In this document: positions 1-10,296 of the stretch, one piece after another
Layout of the letters: each line of letters starts with the position of its first letter
How positions within the stretch are numbered: position 1 is the stretch's first letter
Assembly (NCBI GenBank): GCA_964512765.1
Contig: CAZEKF010000001.1
Span: 66,366 to 130,365, forward strand
DNA: 64,000 nucleotides
Direction of reading: 5' to 3'
Source of the DNA: an uncultured Methanosarcinales archaeon
GTDB lineage: Archaea > Nanobdellota > Nanobdellia > Woesearchaeales > GW2011-AR15
Made by a program: the position numbers and the translations under genes
Notes under the pieces: generated by a model
Told to the model about the DNA's origin: nothing
The model's database searches: none
The model's input: only the letters and a program-made list of their open reading frames with translations

Positions 1-1415
1 ATAACATTATACTGAACCTTCCAGAAGTCGGCTCTCCAAAACAAAAAAAGTTGCCGTTTAATGAAAGGTTAAAATGGACTTTGATAGTTCTTGTTTTATT
101 TTTCGTGCTAGGAATGATACCGTTATGGCCACTTGGCCAGAACACATTAGCACAGTTTGAATATTTATCAATTATTTTAGGCGCGGAGTTTGGCTCACTA
201 TTATCTTTAGGTATTGGACCTATTGTTACAGGGTCTATTATTTTACAGTTGCTTAACGGAGCAGGAATATTAAAGTTTGACTTAACATCTCATGAAGGCA
301 AACAAAGATACCAAGGAATACAAAAACTAGTATCCTTATTTTTCATTATATTCGAAGCTATTATTTACGTTTTCATGGGCGGGATTTCAGTGCCGGCAGG
401 AATAGCGTCTATGTTTCAGATGCAGTTATTACTTGTTTTCCAGTTATTTTTGGGTGGTTTAATTGTATTGTTCATGGACGAGATTGTAAGCAAATGGGGG
501 TTTGGCTCAGGAATTAGTTTGTTCATAGCAGCAGGCATTAGTAAACAAATTTTCATTAGACTGTTTTCATTTACAGATACAGTAGGTAACATGTTTTGGG
601 AAACATCATTCCAAGGACCTGTGGTAGGTCAATTATGGGGCACGATTGGTTCTTTGACAACAGGAGATGGTCAAGGTGCGTTAATAGGTATTGTTACAAT
701 TGCTGCGACATTCATCGTATTTGCAATTGCTGTTTATTCGCAGGCAATGAAGATTGAAATTCCATTGTCTTTTGGTAGAGTTAGAGGGCATGGTATTAGA
801 TGGCCTTTGCAGTTTATTTATACAAGTAACATGCCAGTTATCTTAGTTGCGTCATTGTTTGCAACATTACAGTTATGGGTTAGATTGTTGCAGAACTGGA
901 CAGGGGGTAATCCTTTACCTATATTGGGCGGGTTTGCACAAGGTAATGTTCCAGTAGGTTTAATGGCGGTTTTACAAGGACCAAACTTAGTACAAGCCAT
1001 GATCCAAAGCGGCGGCCAATGGTCAATCATTGCACCAGTGTTGTTTAACTCACTTATTTACATTATATTAATGATCGGCGGCGCGGTTTTATTTTCAATA
1101 TTCTGGGTGCAAACTTCGGGTCAAGATTCTAAAAGTTTAGCAGAACAAATAATGTCGTCAGGACTGCAAATACCTGGGTTTAGAAAAGATAAACGTATCC
1201 TACAACGGATCCTGGACAGGTACATCATGCCGCTTACTGTAATGGGTGGACTAGTGGTTGGATTTTTAGCAGCAACCGCAGATTTAATGGGTGCACTGTC
1301 TCGAGGAACAGGAATTTTACTTACTGTCATGATTGTGTATAAACTGTACGAAGACATTGCACGTGAGCACATGTACGATATGAACCCAATGGTTAGAAAA
1401 TTCATGGGGAAATAG
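1..1415 (+). CDS. secY: Preprotein translocase subunit SecY (5' end lies before the window)
   Basis: Archaeal SecY motifs LGIGPIVTGSIILQLL, DEIVSKWGFGSGISLFI, YTSNMPVIL, GLQIPGFR, GTGILLTV; frame is open upstream of 51 (NIILNLPEVGSPKQKK). Confidence 0.97.
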   Translation, partial: NIILNLPEVGSPKQKKLPFNERLKWTLIVLVLFFVLGMIPLWPLGQNTLAQFEYLSIILGAEFGSLLSLGIGPIVTGSIILQLLNGAGILKFDLTSHEGKQRYQGIQKLVSLFFIIFEAIIYVFMGGISVPAGIASMFQMQLLLVFQLFLGGLIVLFMDEIVSKWGFGSGISLFIAAGISKQIFIRLFSFTDTVGNMFWETSFQGPVVGQLWGTIGSLTTGDGQGALIGIVTIAATFIVFAIAVYSQAMKIEIPLSFGRVRGHGIRWPLQFIYTSNMPVILVASLFATLQLWVRLLQNWTGGNPLPILGGFAQGNVPVGLMAVLQGPNLVQAMIQSGGQWSIIAPVLFNSLIYIILMIGGAVLFSIFWVQTSGQDSKSLAEQIMSSGLQIPGFRKDKRILQRILDRYIMPLTVMGGLVVGFLAATADLMGALSRGTGILLTVMIVYKLYEDIAREHMYDMNPMVRKFMGK

Positions 1416-1471
1416 TCATATTTAAATAACACCTTTCGTTCTTTTTAGACAATAAACGGGGGTAATTAACA

Positions 1472-4330
1472 TTGGTTAAAGAAAAAACAGATGATGACAT
1501 TACACTTGACTTTTCATGGTTAAAAAATATACTTCCAAAAAAAACAGATACACAAGAAAGTACTGATGAAGATGTTACACTTGATTTGAGTAAAACATCA
1601 GGTTTTCTAAAAAAATATGCTGTGTTTTTCTTATTATTAATACCTATTATTTTATCGATTCATATTAGAACATTGCCAGCAAATTTGCCAATGGCAGATG
1701 ACTGGGCAAGACAAGGCATTTATACTAATATAAGAAACAATGTCGCTGCTCAGGTTAACCAGCAATACCCTCATTTACCGGACCAGACTAAACAAAGTAT
1801 GATTGATGAACAATTTGCGTTAGCGGTTTCTCAACAACAGGTACAAATTGAACAAGCAGTTGTTACGCAAGCAGAAGGGTTAAAGCAAAGGTTCAGAGAC
1901 GAATCTGGTGAGACTTATTTGGGAGATATAGACTCGTACTTTTGGACAAGGTATGCTAATAATTTAGTTGAAAAAGGAATATACGCAGACGAGTTTCGAG
2001 ATGGAGAACCGTATGATAACCATATGTCTGCCCCTAATGGTCTTAAAGTTGAACCCAACCTGTACCCCTATTTAGAGGCATATTTATATAAATTTTTAAG
2101 ATTGTTTAATCCAAAGGTAAGTATACTTAAAGCATCTTTTTTAACACCGTTATTTTTATCATTTTTTGCAATAATAGCTGCATTTTTCATCGGTAAAAAA
2201 CTATCAGGAGATTTAGCTGGATTCATCGCATCAATACTTATTGCAGTTAACCCGACAGTCTTAAGTAGGTCATTAGGATCTGATAATGACGTTGTAAACG
2301 CAGTGTTTCCTTTGTTAATAATGTTATTTACCATATACGCGTTTGACTCTAAAAATACTAACAAGACAATTATTTACGCAGCAATAACAGGACTGTTAAC
2401 CGGACTGTACAGTTTTGCATGGTCAGGATGGTGGTTCATGTTCTTGTTCATTATTGGTGCAGGAGTTATTTACATGGGCTATATAGGTGTTTATGAAACT
2501 ATTAGCAAAGGTAAAACAATTGACAATCTCTTGAGTAATAAAAAACTTAAATTGATTGTTGTGTTACTTAGTATATTTTTAGCATCGACTTTTATTTCAT
2601 TAACCATTTTTGGAAATAGTGGTTTGTTTTTAAGAGCATTGTACAGAAACCCTGTTAAGATTGTTACAATACAACAAGCAGCTCGAGGGATAAGTATATG
2701 GCCGAACGTTTACACTACAGTTGCTGAACTAAATGCAGCAAACTTCCCAACTATTGCCAGTAGTTTAGGTGGTAAAACATTTTTATGGTTAGCTTTAATA
2801 GGTACGATCCTTGCATTGGTTAATTTTGGTAGTGAAAGTAAAAAAACTTCAAGAATAAGTATGATCTTTTTGGCTGCTTCGGTACTGTATTATTTGATTT
2901 TTATTGAAATGTCATTAACAAACAATTTTAACATTATTGTTCAGATGGCATTATTATCGATACCTTTATTCGTTGGTTTGTTATTGTCTGCAATGTATAG
3001 TTACAAACTTGAACCAATACATTCAATTTTAATGGTTATCTGGTTCATGGCTACAATATACGCAGCTACAAAAGGTATTAGGTTTATTTTGTTGATCATC
3101 CCTGCGTTTGTTATTTCGTTTTCCACTTTAATTAATTCGTTAGTTGACTGGACAGCAAAGCTAACAAGTAAGTCTTTAGACCTGAACATATCCATACCAA
3201 AAGTAATTTTTACAGTAATTGCATTACTTTTACTTGTTCAACCAATCAGAGTAGGTAGAGCAACTGCTTATAGTTATGTGCCAAGTGTTAACGATGCCTG
3301 GGTTGAAACATTAACAAAAATAAAAACAGAGTCTGCACCAGATGCAATTGTTAATTCATGGTGGGACTTTGGTCATTGGTTCAAATATTGGGCAGATAGG
3401 CAAGTAACGTTTGACGGTGCTTCTCAGAATAGTCAACAAGCGCACTGGATTGGTAAAGTGTTACTTACTGATGATGAGGACCAAGCAGTTGCAATATTAA
3501 GAATGTTGGATTGTGGGGGCATAAAGGCTGAACAAAAATTAACTAAACTGACAGAAGACACATACGAAACAGTACAATTATTGTATAGTTTTTTTGAAAT
3601 GACTGAGTCAGAGGTTAAGACAGAACTATTAAAATTAACAGATCAAACAAAAGCAGACGAAATTGTTTCTTACATGTTTTGTGAACCTCCTGAAAATTAT
3701 TTTATAACTTCTGGTGACATGGTAGGTAAATCTGGTGTCTGGGCACATTTTGGAAGCTGGAACTTCCAGAGGGCAAAAATATACAGTTATTTTAAATCAA
3801 TGACCTTGACAGAGTTTTCACAAACTTTAACAACAGAATTTGGATATACTGAACAAGATGCGCAAAGAATTTTTTACGAACTAACATCACTAATAACAGA
3901 TAGGGAAATTAACAACTGGATAGCACCGTGGCCAAGCTACGGCGGAGTTATATCTTGTTCAAGAGATAATAGGACTCTGACGTGTAATGTTCCAGCAAAC
4001 AACCAGAATGTTCCAATGCAAATTAATCTTGATACAAAAGAAGCGTCTGTTGAATCTAATAATGACCAAACCTTCCATCCTTACAAGTTCGCATACCTCG
4101 ATGATAACAATGAACTGATAACTAAAACATATAATGAAAACCATCTAGGATACGGACTTGTGTTGTTAGGAGAGTCAAGTGTTTTGTTCATGGCGCCAGA
4201 GTTGACAGGTAGCATGTTTACAAGGATGTTTTACTTAGATGGCCGTGGTTTAAATTATTTTAATAAGTTTCACGATACAAGAGATATAGCAGGCAGCAGG
4301 ATAATTACTTGGAAACTTGACTGGCAGTAA
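1472..4330 (+). CDS. aglB: STT3/AglB oligosaccharyltransferase
   Basis: Multi-TM N-terminal region with DIDSY and SDND motifs, TVAEL, and the C-terminal WWDFGH (WWDxG) motif. Confidence 0.93.
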   Translation: MVKEKTDDDITLDFSWLKNILPKKTDTQESTDEDVTLDLSKTSGFLKKYAVFFLLLIPIILSIHIRTLPANLPMADDWARQGIYTNIRNNVAAQVNQQYPHLPDQTKQSMIDEQFALAVSQQQVQIEQAVVTQAEGLKQRFRDESGETYLGDIDSYFWTRYANNLVEKGIYADEFRDGEPYDNHMSAPNGLKVEPNLYPYLEAYLYKFLRLFNPKVSILKASFLTPLFLSFFAIIAAFFIGKKLSGDLAGFIASILIAVNPTVLSRSLGSDNDVVNAVFPLLIMLFTIYAFDSKNTNKTIIYAAITGLLTGLYSFAWSGWWFMFLFIIGAGVIYMGYIGVYETISKGKTIDNLLSNKKLKLIVVLLSIFLASTFISLTIFGNSGLFLRALYRNPVKIVTIQQAARGISIWPNVYTTVAELNAANFPTIASSLGGKTFLWLALIGTILALVNFGSESKKTSRISMIFLAASVLYYLIFIEMSLTNNFNIIVQMALLSIPLFVGLLLSAMYSYKLEPIHSILMVIWFMATIYAATKGIRFILLIIPAFVISFSTLINSLVDWTAKLTSKSLDLNISIPKVIFTVIALLLLVQPIRVGRATAYSYVPSVNDAWVETLTKIKTESAPDAIVNSWWDFGHWFKYWADRQVTFDGASQNSQQAHWIGKVLLTDDEDQAVAILRMLDCGGIKAEQKLTKLTEDTYETVQLLYSFFEMTESEVKTELLKLTDQTKADEIVSYMFCEPPENYFITSGDMVGKSGVWAHFGSWNFQRAKIYSYFKSMTLTEFSQTLTTEFGYTEQDAQRIFYELTSLITDREINNWIAPWPSYGGVISCSRDNRTLTCNVPANNQNVPMQINLDTKEASVESNNDQTFHPYKFAYLDDNNELITKTYNENHLGYGLVLLGESSVLFMAPELTGSMFTRMFYLDGRGLNYFNKFHDTRDIAGSRIITWKLDWQ

Positions 4331-4332
4331 AA

Positions 4333-4686
4333 ATGAACAGATCAAAAGGCATTATTTTAATGTTTATTTGTACTATTTTTACAGCCATTGGTCAAATATT
4401 ATTGAAAAAAGGCACCGACATACTTGTTTTTGACATTATTTCAATAATTACAAATTTTCCTTTAATACTTGGTGTGTTCTTTTATGCTCTTGGAGCGTTA
4501 CTATTAATTTATGCGTTAAAACATGGTGAATTAAATGTTTTGTATCCTATTGTTTCACTTACTTTTGTCTGGGTAATTATGTTGTCTTATGTTTTTTTGA
4601 ATGAAACAGTATCATTTTCTAAAATAACAGGGACCAGCACAATACTACTTGGCGTGCTTTTAATAACAAAAGGTGGTAAGAAATGA
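4333..4686 (+). CDS. Small 4-TM EamA/SMR (ArnE/ArnF-like) DMT protein
   Basis: 117 aa, GQILLKKG, ALKHGELNVLYPIVSL, LNETVS. Confidence 0.8.
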   Translation: MNRSKGIILMFICTIFTAIGQILLKKGTDILVFDIISIITNFPLILGVFFYALGALLLIYALKHGELNVLYPIVSLTFVWVIMLSYVFLNETVSFSKITGTSTILLGVLLITKGGKK

Positions 4687-5024
4687 TAGATCCAATGGTT
4701 TTTGCTTTTATTATTCCAGCAATATTTTTCGGAGGTTATGCGTCTTTATTTCTTAAAAAAGGTGCAGAAAAATTCACATTGAACCCAAAATATATTATGA
4801 AAAACATTACAATTTTCATTGGCATATTTTTTTACGGTTGTTCAATGATTTTGTACATTTTTGCATTGAAATACGGAGAACTCTCAGTTGTATATCCTTT
4901 AACATCATTTTCATACATACTTGTTGCTATTCTTTCTGTTAAAAAACTCAAAGAAAAAATGAACAAGTTTAAGTGGTTAGGGATAATCTTTATAATATTA
5001 GGCTCGTTCTTAGTGGTTAGTTAA
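4683..5024 (+). CDS. Small 4-TM EamA/SMR (ArnE/ArnF-like) DMT protein, paralog of the upstream gene
   Basis: FLKKGA, ALKYGELSVVYPLTSF, LKEKM; ATGA overlap with the upstream gene. Confidence 0.8.
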   Translation: MIDPMVFAFIIPAIFFGGYASLFLKKGAEKFTLNPKYIMKNITIFIGIFFYGCSMILYIFALKYGELSVVYPLTSFSYILVAILSVKKLKEKMNKFKWLGIIFIILGSFLVVS

Positions 5025-5026
5025 AA

Positions 5027-5974
5027 ATGGAAACAATTATGGTTACAGGGGGTGCAGGATTTGTAGGTAGTCATGTTTGTGATGCCTTACTCAAAAATGG
5101 AAAAAAAGTTGTATGCGTGGATAATTTTAATGATTATTATTCACCAGATATCAAAAAGAGAAACATTAAACATAATCTGGACAATGGAAAATTTGTCTTA
5201 GAAAAAGTTGACATTACAGATTTTGAGAGGTTAAAGCAAGTTTTTGAAAAACATAACATAACAAAAACAATACATTTAGCAGCAAGAGCAGGCGTCAGAC
5301 CGTCACTAAGTAATCCTAGACTTTATTTTAAAGTTAATGTTGAAGGTACATTAAATTTGTTAGAACTTTCTAAAGAATTTAACATTAAGACGTTTATTTT
5401 TGGTTCTTCGTCTTCAGTTTATGGGAATAATGAAAAAACTCCATTCTCAGAAAAAGATGTGACAGAAAACCAGATAAGTCCGTACGCAAGCTCTAAAAAA
5501 GCAGGAGAATTATTGTGTAAAACATATTCACATTTACACAATTTGAATATAACGTGTTTAAGATTTTTCACTGTTTATGGTCCTAGAGGGAGACCAGATA
5601 TGGCACCATATAAATTTACAGATTTAATTTCAAATGGAGAACAGATTGAAATGTACGGAGACGGAACTTCAAAAAGAGATTATACTTATGTGGAAGAGAT
5701 TGTTCAAGGCATTTTAAGTGCATTAGAAAAAAGTTTCAAGTTTGAAGTCATTAATCTCGGTAATTCAAACCCAACCGAGTTAAAAAGATTTATTGAAATT
5801 ATTGAAGAAGCTTTGAATAAAAAAGCTCATATTATTGAGAAACCTATGCCAAAAGGAGACGTTAACATTACTTATGCAGACATTTCAAAAGCCAAGAATT
5901 TGCTTAACTACGATCCTAAAACAAACATTGAACAAGGAATGAAAAAGTTTGTTGAATGGTATCTTTCTCAATAA
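5027..5974 (+). CDS. NAD-dependent nucleotide-sugar epimerase (UDP-glucuronate 4-epimerase/WcaG-like)
   Basis: TGGAGFVG, HLAARAGVRPS, SSSSVYG, YASSK, LRFFTVYGPRGRPDMA. Confidence 0.92.
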   Translation: METIMVTGGAGFVGSHVCDALLKNGKKVVCVDNFNDYYSPDIKKRNIKHNLDNGKFVLEKVDITDFERLKQVFEKHNITKTIHLAARAGVRPSLSNPRLYFKVNVEGTLNLLELSKEFNIKTFIFGSSSSVYGNNEKTPFSEKDVTENQISPYASSKKAGELLCKTYSHLHNLNITCLRFFTVYGPRGRPDMAPYKFTDLISNGEQIEMYGDGTSKRDYTYVEEIVQGILSALEKSFKFEVINLGNSNPTELKRFIEIIEEALNKKAHIIEKPMPKGDVNITYADISKAKNLLNYDPKTNIEQGMKKFVEWYLSQ

Positions 5975-7230
5975 TTCGAAAAATGACAGATGTTTTTATG
6001 ACATTTAGTGCTATTGTACTGTTTATTCTTTTCATGTTTCTTTTTTTTCAGTTTGTTATCATCATAATTTCCTTTTTTAGAAAAAAGGTTAAGATTAACT
6101 ACGAACCAAAAATTAGTGTTGTTATTCCATGTTACAATGAAGAAAGAAACATTATGAAGTGTTTAAATTCTGTGTTCGCCTCAAATTATGATAAAAAAAA
6201 AATTGAAGTTATTGTTGTAGATGATGGAAGCACAGATAATACAGTAACTCTGCTGAAAAAACATAGTAAGAAAATTAGAATAATTGCAGGAAAACACCAA
6301 GGAAAATCAGTAAGCTTGAATCTTGGATGTAAAAAAGCAAAACACGATTATATTTTAACAATCGATGCTGACGTTATCCTTGATAAAAACGCCATTAGAA
6401 GGATAGTAAGACCATTCAAAGATAAAAACGTTGGTGCAGTGAACGGATCATCACTAATAAGGAACTCAAACACAGTGCTAACGTGGTTCCAGAAGTTGGA
6501 ATATTTGCTTAACAACCATATTAGAAAAAGTTTCTCAGATGTTTTTAACAATAGTGTATGGTTTTTTGGTGCATTTGCATGTTACAGAAAATCACTTTTA
6601 CAGAAAATCAAGTATTTTAAACAGGACACTTTGACTGAAGACATGGAAATTTCGTTAGGTATTTACTACCAAAGTTATAAAATTAAACATGTTTATGATG
6701 CAATAGGTTACACATTAGCACCTAACACAATTAAAGAGATAATTAAACAAAGAACTAGGTGGTGGTTAGGTGGGTTACAGGCACTTAATAAACATCGGAA
6801 ATTATTTTCAAGAAAATCGAATTTTTCAATACTTTTTTTGTTCATTAACCAGTATTGGTGGACAATCTACGCTTTTCTGGCCATACCAATTATAGTATAC
6901 CAATACAATTTTTGGTTAAGTACAAACCTAGGTTCCTTTTCTCAACTGTTTTGGTACACATTTAGATGGTTTAGCCTGTTTGGTCCTGTGCATGTTTTAT
7001 ACATGATTCCGAAATGGGGCATATCCTTTATCAGTATTTTCGGTGTTTTGTCAGGAATAATAACTTCAATTAACTTATTAATTTCAATAAAATTATTCAA
7101 GGAAAAACAAAATCTAAGTAATTTAGTTGCTCTTTTGTTCTATTTTCCATATACAATTTTGCTTAACTTTATAATCGTGTTAAGTGTCTTTCGAGCACTT
7201 TTTTCTAAAAACAATTATTTTGTTAACTAA
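5956..7230 (+). CDS. Membrane GT2 glycosyltransferase, processive type (PgaC/IcaA-like); start may be 5983
   Basis: IPCYNEE, DDGSTD, DAD, TED, QRTRW motifs plus TM helices. Confidence 0.88.
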   Translation: MVSFSIIRKMTDVFMTFSAIVLFILFMFLFFQFVIIIISFFRKKVKINYEPKISVVIPCYNEERNIMKCLNSVFASNYDKKKIEVIVVDDGSTDNTVTLLKKHSKKIRIIAGKHQGKSVSLNLGCKKAKHDYILTIDADVILDKNAIRRIVRPFKDKNVGAVNGSSLIRNSNTVLTWFQKLEYLLNNHIRKSFSDVFNNSVWFFGAFACYRKSLLQKIKYFKQDTLTEDMEISLGIYYQSYKIKHVYDAIGYTLAPNTIKEIIKQRTRWWLGGLQALNKHRKLFSRKSNFSILFLFINQYWWTIYAFLAIPIIVYQYNFWLSTNLGSFSQLFWYTFRWFSLFGPVHVLYMIPKWGISFISIFGVLSGIITSINLLISIKLFKEKQNLSNLVALLFYFPYTILLNFIIVLSVFRALFSKNNYFVN

Positions 7231-7317
7231 CCGTGGTGAAAAACGACCCAAAAATAGTAAAACTTTTATAAAGTTCCTGTCTTCTATGATAGAAGTATAG
7301 ACAATTACAGATGAACA

Positions 7318-8661
7318 ATGGAAAACATAATAATAAGTATTGTTAGTTTTTACCTTAATATAGGCCAAGCAGTGTTTAATTTCTATGTTACTTATTCCAG
7401 ATTAATCTTGGATTATATGCATTTTATTTTTAATTCTGCGTTTTATGTTGTGTTATCAGTCACAGTGATCTTAACTTTTATGTATCTTTTAATGGGCATT
7501 GTTTTGATGTTTAGAAAAACAAAACAAAGAGAAAAACCAGCACCAAAATCAAAATTGCCGTTTGTAACAATTCAAATTCCGACATTTAACGAATTAGCTG
7601 CGCTTAATTGTGCAAAAAAATGTTTGAACTTAGATTATCCGAAAAATAAGTTTGAAATATTAATAGGAGACGATAGCTCAGACAAATTAGTTTCAAAAGA
7701 AATTAACACATTTGCAAAGAAACATGTAAGAGTTAAAGTAACAAGAAGAGGATCGAATATAGGATTTAAACCAGGTAATTTGAACCACATGTTAAAATTT
7801 ACAAAAGGACAGTATATAGTTATTTTTGATTCAGACTTTTTACCTGAAAAAGATTTCTTGAAAAGGATCATCGCACCATTTGTACACGACGAATCTGTTT
7901 CAACTGTGCAAGCTAGGTGGATCACAAAAAATTTCTCTCAAAACCTTGTATCCATAATAGGGGGGACAATCCCTTTACTGACTCATTATTTGGGCATGCC
8001 TTTCCTTAACTTAATAAAAGGTAACACCTTCATAGCAGGATCAGCAGAAGCAATTAAGAAATCAGATTTAATTGAACAAGGCGGATGGACATCGGGATCA
8101 TTAACAGAAGACATTGAATATTCATTAAGATTAACAAAAGCAGGTAAAAAAATGATTTATCTGGAAAATTTACATTGCGAATGTGAAGCACCTTTTACTA
8201 TTAAAGACCTTGGAAAACAACAAAAAAGATGGGCGTATGGCGTTGTTTCTGCAATAAAAAAACATTTTTTTAATATAATCAAGAACAATAGAATATCTTT
8301 TAACAACAAATTTAACATGTTTTTGTTATTATCTGGGTATGTTGTTACATTCTTGTTCTTTTTACTTGGTGTTTTAGGAATGTTGTCAATTATAACTCAC
8401 CGGCCAGAAGCAATTAACTGGACAAAACTTGTTTCAGAGACAACCCTTAACATACTGTTGACATCAGGATTTTTAGCAACAATGTTGATTGTGCTTATGT
8501 TGGGTAATAAAGCAAAAGAAAGTTTTAAATTAATACTTGCTTCATTTACAGTTGGCATGTTTGTTATATTCCTTGTTACAGAAGGTATTTTCAAAGCAAT
8601 TCTTGATAGACCAATGCATTGGTTCATGTTAACAAAAAAAGGGAACGAGTTTAGTATTTAG
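7318..8661 (+). CDS. Membrane GT2 glycosyltransferase, cellulose-synthase-like
   Basis: TIQIPTFNE, DDSSD, GFKPGNLN, FDSDF, VQARW, TED, QQKRW. Confidence 0.88.
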   Translation: MENIIISIVSFYLNIGQAVFNFYVTYSRLILDYMHFIFNSAFYVVLSVTVILTFMYLLMGIVLMFRKTKQREKPAPKSKLPFVTIQIPTFNELAALNCAKKCLNLDYPKNKFEILIGDDSSDKLVSKEINTFAKKHVRVKVTRRGSNIGFKPGNLNHMLKFTKGQYIVIFDSDFLPEKDFLKRIIAPFVHDESVSTVQARWITKNFSQNLVSIIGGTIPLLTHYLGMPFLNLIKGNTFIAGSAEAIKKSDLIEQGGWTSGSLTEDIEYSLRLTKAGKKMIYLENLHCECEAPFTIKDLGKQQKRWAYGVVSAIKKHFFNIIKNNRISFNNKFNMFLLLSGYVVTFLFFLLGVLGMLSIITHRPEAINWTKLVSETTLNILLTSGFLATMLIVLMLGNKAKESFKLILASFTVGMFVIFLVTEGIFKAILDRPMHWFMLTKKGNEFSI

Positions 8662-8664
8662 AGA

Positions 8665-8928
8665 ATGTCAAAGAAAAAAGATTTTTTCTATGCAAAAACA
8701 GCGTTTTATTTAAGTTTAGGCTTCTGGATACCTTTATTTAATGTTGCGATGTCAATTTTATCAATTTACTTTGCATTTAAGGCCTTGAAATTGATTGATA
8801 AACACCCTGAAAAATACAGTGGCAGAAAATATACAATAATCGCGCTAGTTTTAAGTTTGTCTTCTTTATTATTAATGATTGTGGGCGGAGTAGGATATTT
8901 AGTTTTAAGAAGAGGTTTATTAACCTAA
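8665..8928 (+). CDS. Small 2-TM membrane protein (DUF4190-like)
   Basis: Two hydrophobic helices flanking ALKLI...YSGRKYTIIAL. Confidence 0.6.
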   Translation: MSKKKDFFYAKTAFYLSLGFWIPLFNVAMSILSIYFAFKALKLIDKHPEKYSGRKYTIIALVLSLSSLLLMIVGGVGYLVLRRGLLT

Positions 8929-10296
8929 ATACTCCCAAATTTCAACTTTGCCAGAATCGTATATTTTATTGAAATGTTTGCTATTGTCTAATATTAAAAG
9001 GATGCCCTCGTCTTCTTTTTCCCATACTTGTCCCTGTTTCATTTTATCATTAATCCAGACATAACGTAACTGATTTTTGTTAAAAAAAGAAGTTATTTTG
9101 TTTAAGTCTCGAGATGAAAAAACGCCTGTTGTTTTGTTAATTCGTGTTTTGTCCCTTGAATACAAATAATACGTTTTGTCAGTGTATGTTCCAAATCCAG
9201 AAACAGCAGTTATCATGAAACCATAATTGTGATGAGATAACACTTTTTCTTTTTCCTGATTTTTTTTGAGCCATTCTAAACTTGTTATTTCACTTTGACT
9301 AGGTCCGAATTCAGAAAATCTTTTGATGTATGATCCAGATGAAAATATTAAACCGCAAAAGAGTAAAATCACAACATAACTTTTCAGAGTTTGAGATATC
9401 CATTTCCTTTTTATAAGGGTTTTCAAAGCTAACCCACCATAATATGCTAGGTAAACATCAACAAAAAGTAGAATGTTTTTATTGAACATAGAAGATACGA
9501 TCAAAGCTAATAAACTAGCATAGAATATTGTTTGTTCATTTTTATTTTTCCATGAAACAATTAAACCTATGCTTGCAATAAGTAGCCCGAACACGCCGAA
9601 ACCGGTTTTTGCACCAAAATCAGAAATAAATTCTGTTAACAAACTATAAATAGAGTAACTATGCGGGACATAATTGTTTACAGTTATGAAAATATATGTT
9701 GTTAATAATATTCCTGCAATGGGTAGTATGGGTTTTATGTTTCGATTTCTTTCATAAACAATGGTTAACATAATTAAAATCACGACAAACATGCTAGGAT
9801 TCACTGCGAATGAAATCAAGAGAGAACCAATACTTAACATATGTCTATTGTTAAGCACAAACAAAGTTCCAAACAGTAAAAACATGAATGATAAATAAAC
9901 TAAATTATGCGTAGTATGTACGTGAATAAATACAGGTGATAATACTATTAAAATAAGCGTAATAAACCGTTGTCTTTTATCTTTTTTAATTATTTTTTTA
10001 AATATTAAATACAACAAAATTATGTTTATTATGCTTGTTAGGAAGGGAATCAACCTGAGCAGGAAAACATAGTTTTCAAACAAAGAAAAAACATAATCTG
10101 TTGGATGATTAAAAATTGGATTTTTTATTCCATTGTTTTTTATTAAGCTTATTGCAGAAATATGAGAATACTGATCATAATCAGGTAATACTTGTGTATT
10201 ATACAATCGCAGAGAATGTAACAAAACAAATAAAGAAGTGGAAAAAATTAACAATAATAGCAAATGCTTTATTTCTATTTCTTTCATTATTGACAC
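8920..10296 (-). CDS. Polytopic membrane protein, GT-C glycosyltransferase-like
   Basis: Loop motif DYDQYSH after the first TM, about 10 TMs, STT3-like soluble C-domain (LEWLKKN...VLSHHNYG). Confidence 0.6.
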   Translation of the reverse strand: MSIMKEIEIKHLLLLLIFSTSLFVLLHSLRLYNTQVLPDYDQYSHISAISLIKNNGIKNPIFNHPTDYVFSLFENYVFLLRLIPFLTSIINIILLYLIFKKIIKKDKRQRFITLILIVLSPVFIHVHTTHNLVYLSFMFLLFGTLFVLNNRHMLSIGSLLISFAVNPSMFVVILIMLTIVYERNRNIKPILPIAGILLTTYIFITVNNYVPHSYSIYSLLTEFISDFGAKTGFGVFGLLIASIGLIVSWKNKNEQTIFYASLLALIVSSMFNKNILLFVDVYLAYYGGLALKTLIKRKWISQTLKSYVVILLFCGLIFSSGSYIKRFSEFGPSQSEITSLEWLKKNQEKEKVLSHHNYGFMITAVSGFGTYTDKTYYLYSRDKTRINKTTGVFSSRDLNKITSFFNKNQLRYVWINDKMKQGQVWEKEDEGILLILDNSKHFNKIYDSGKVEIWEYLG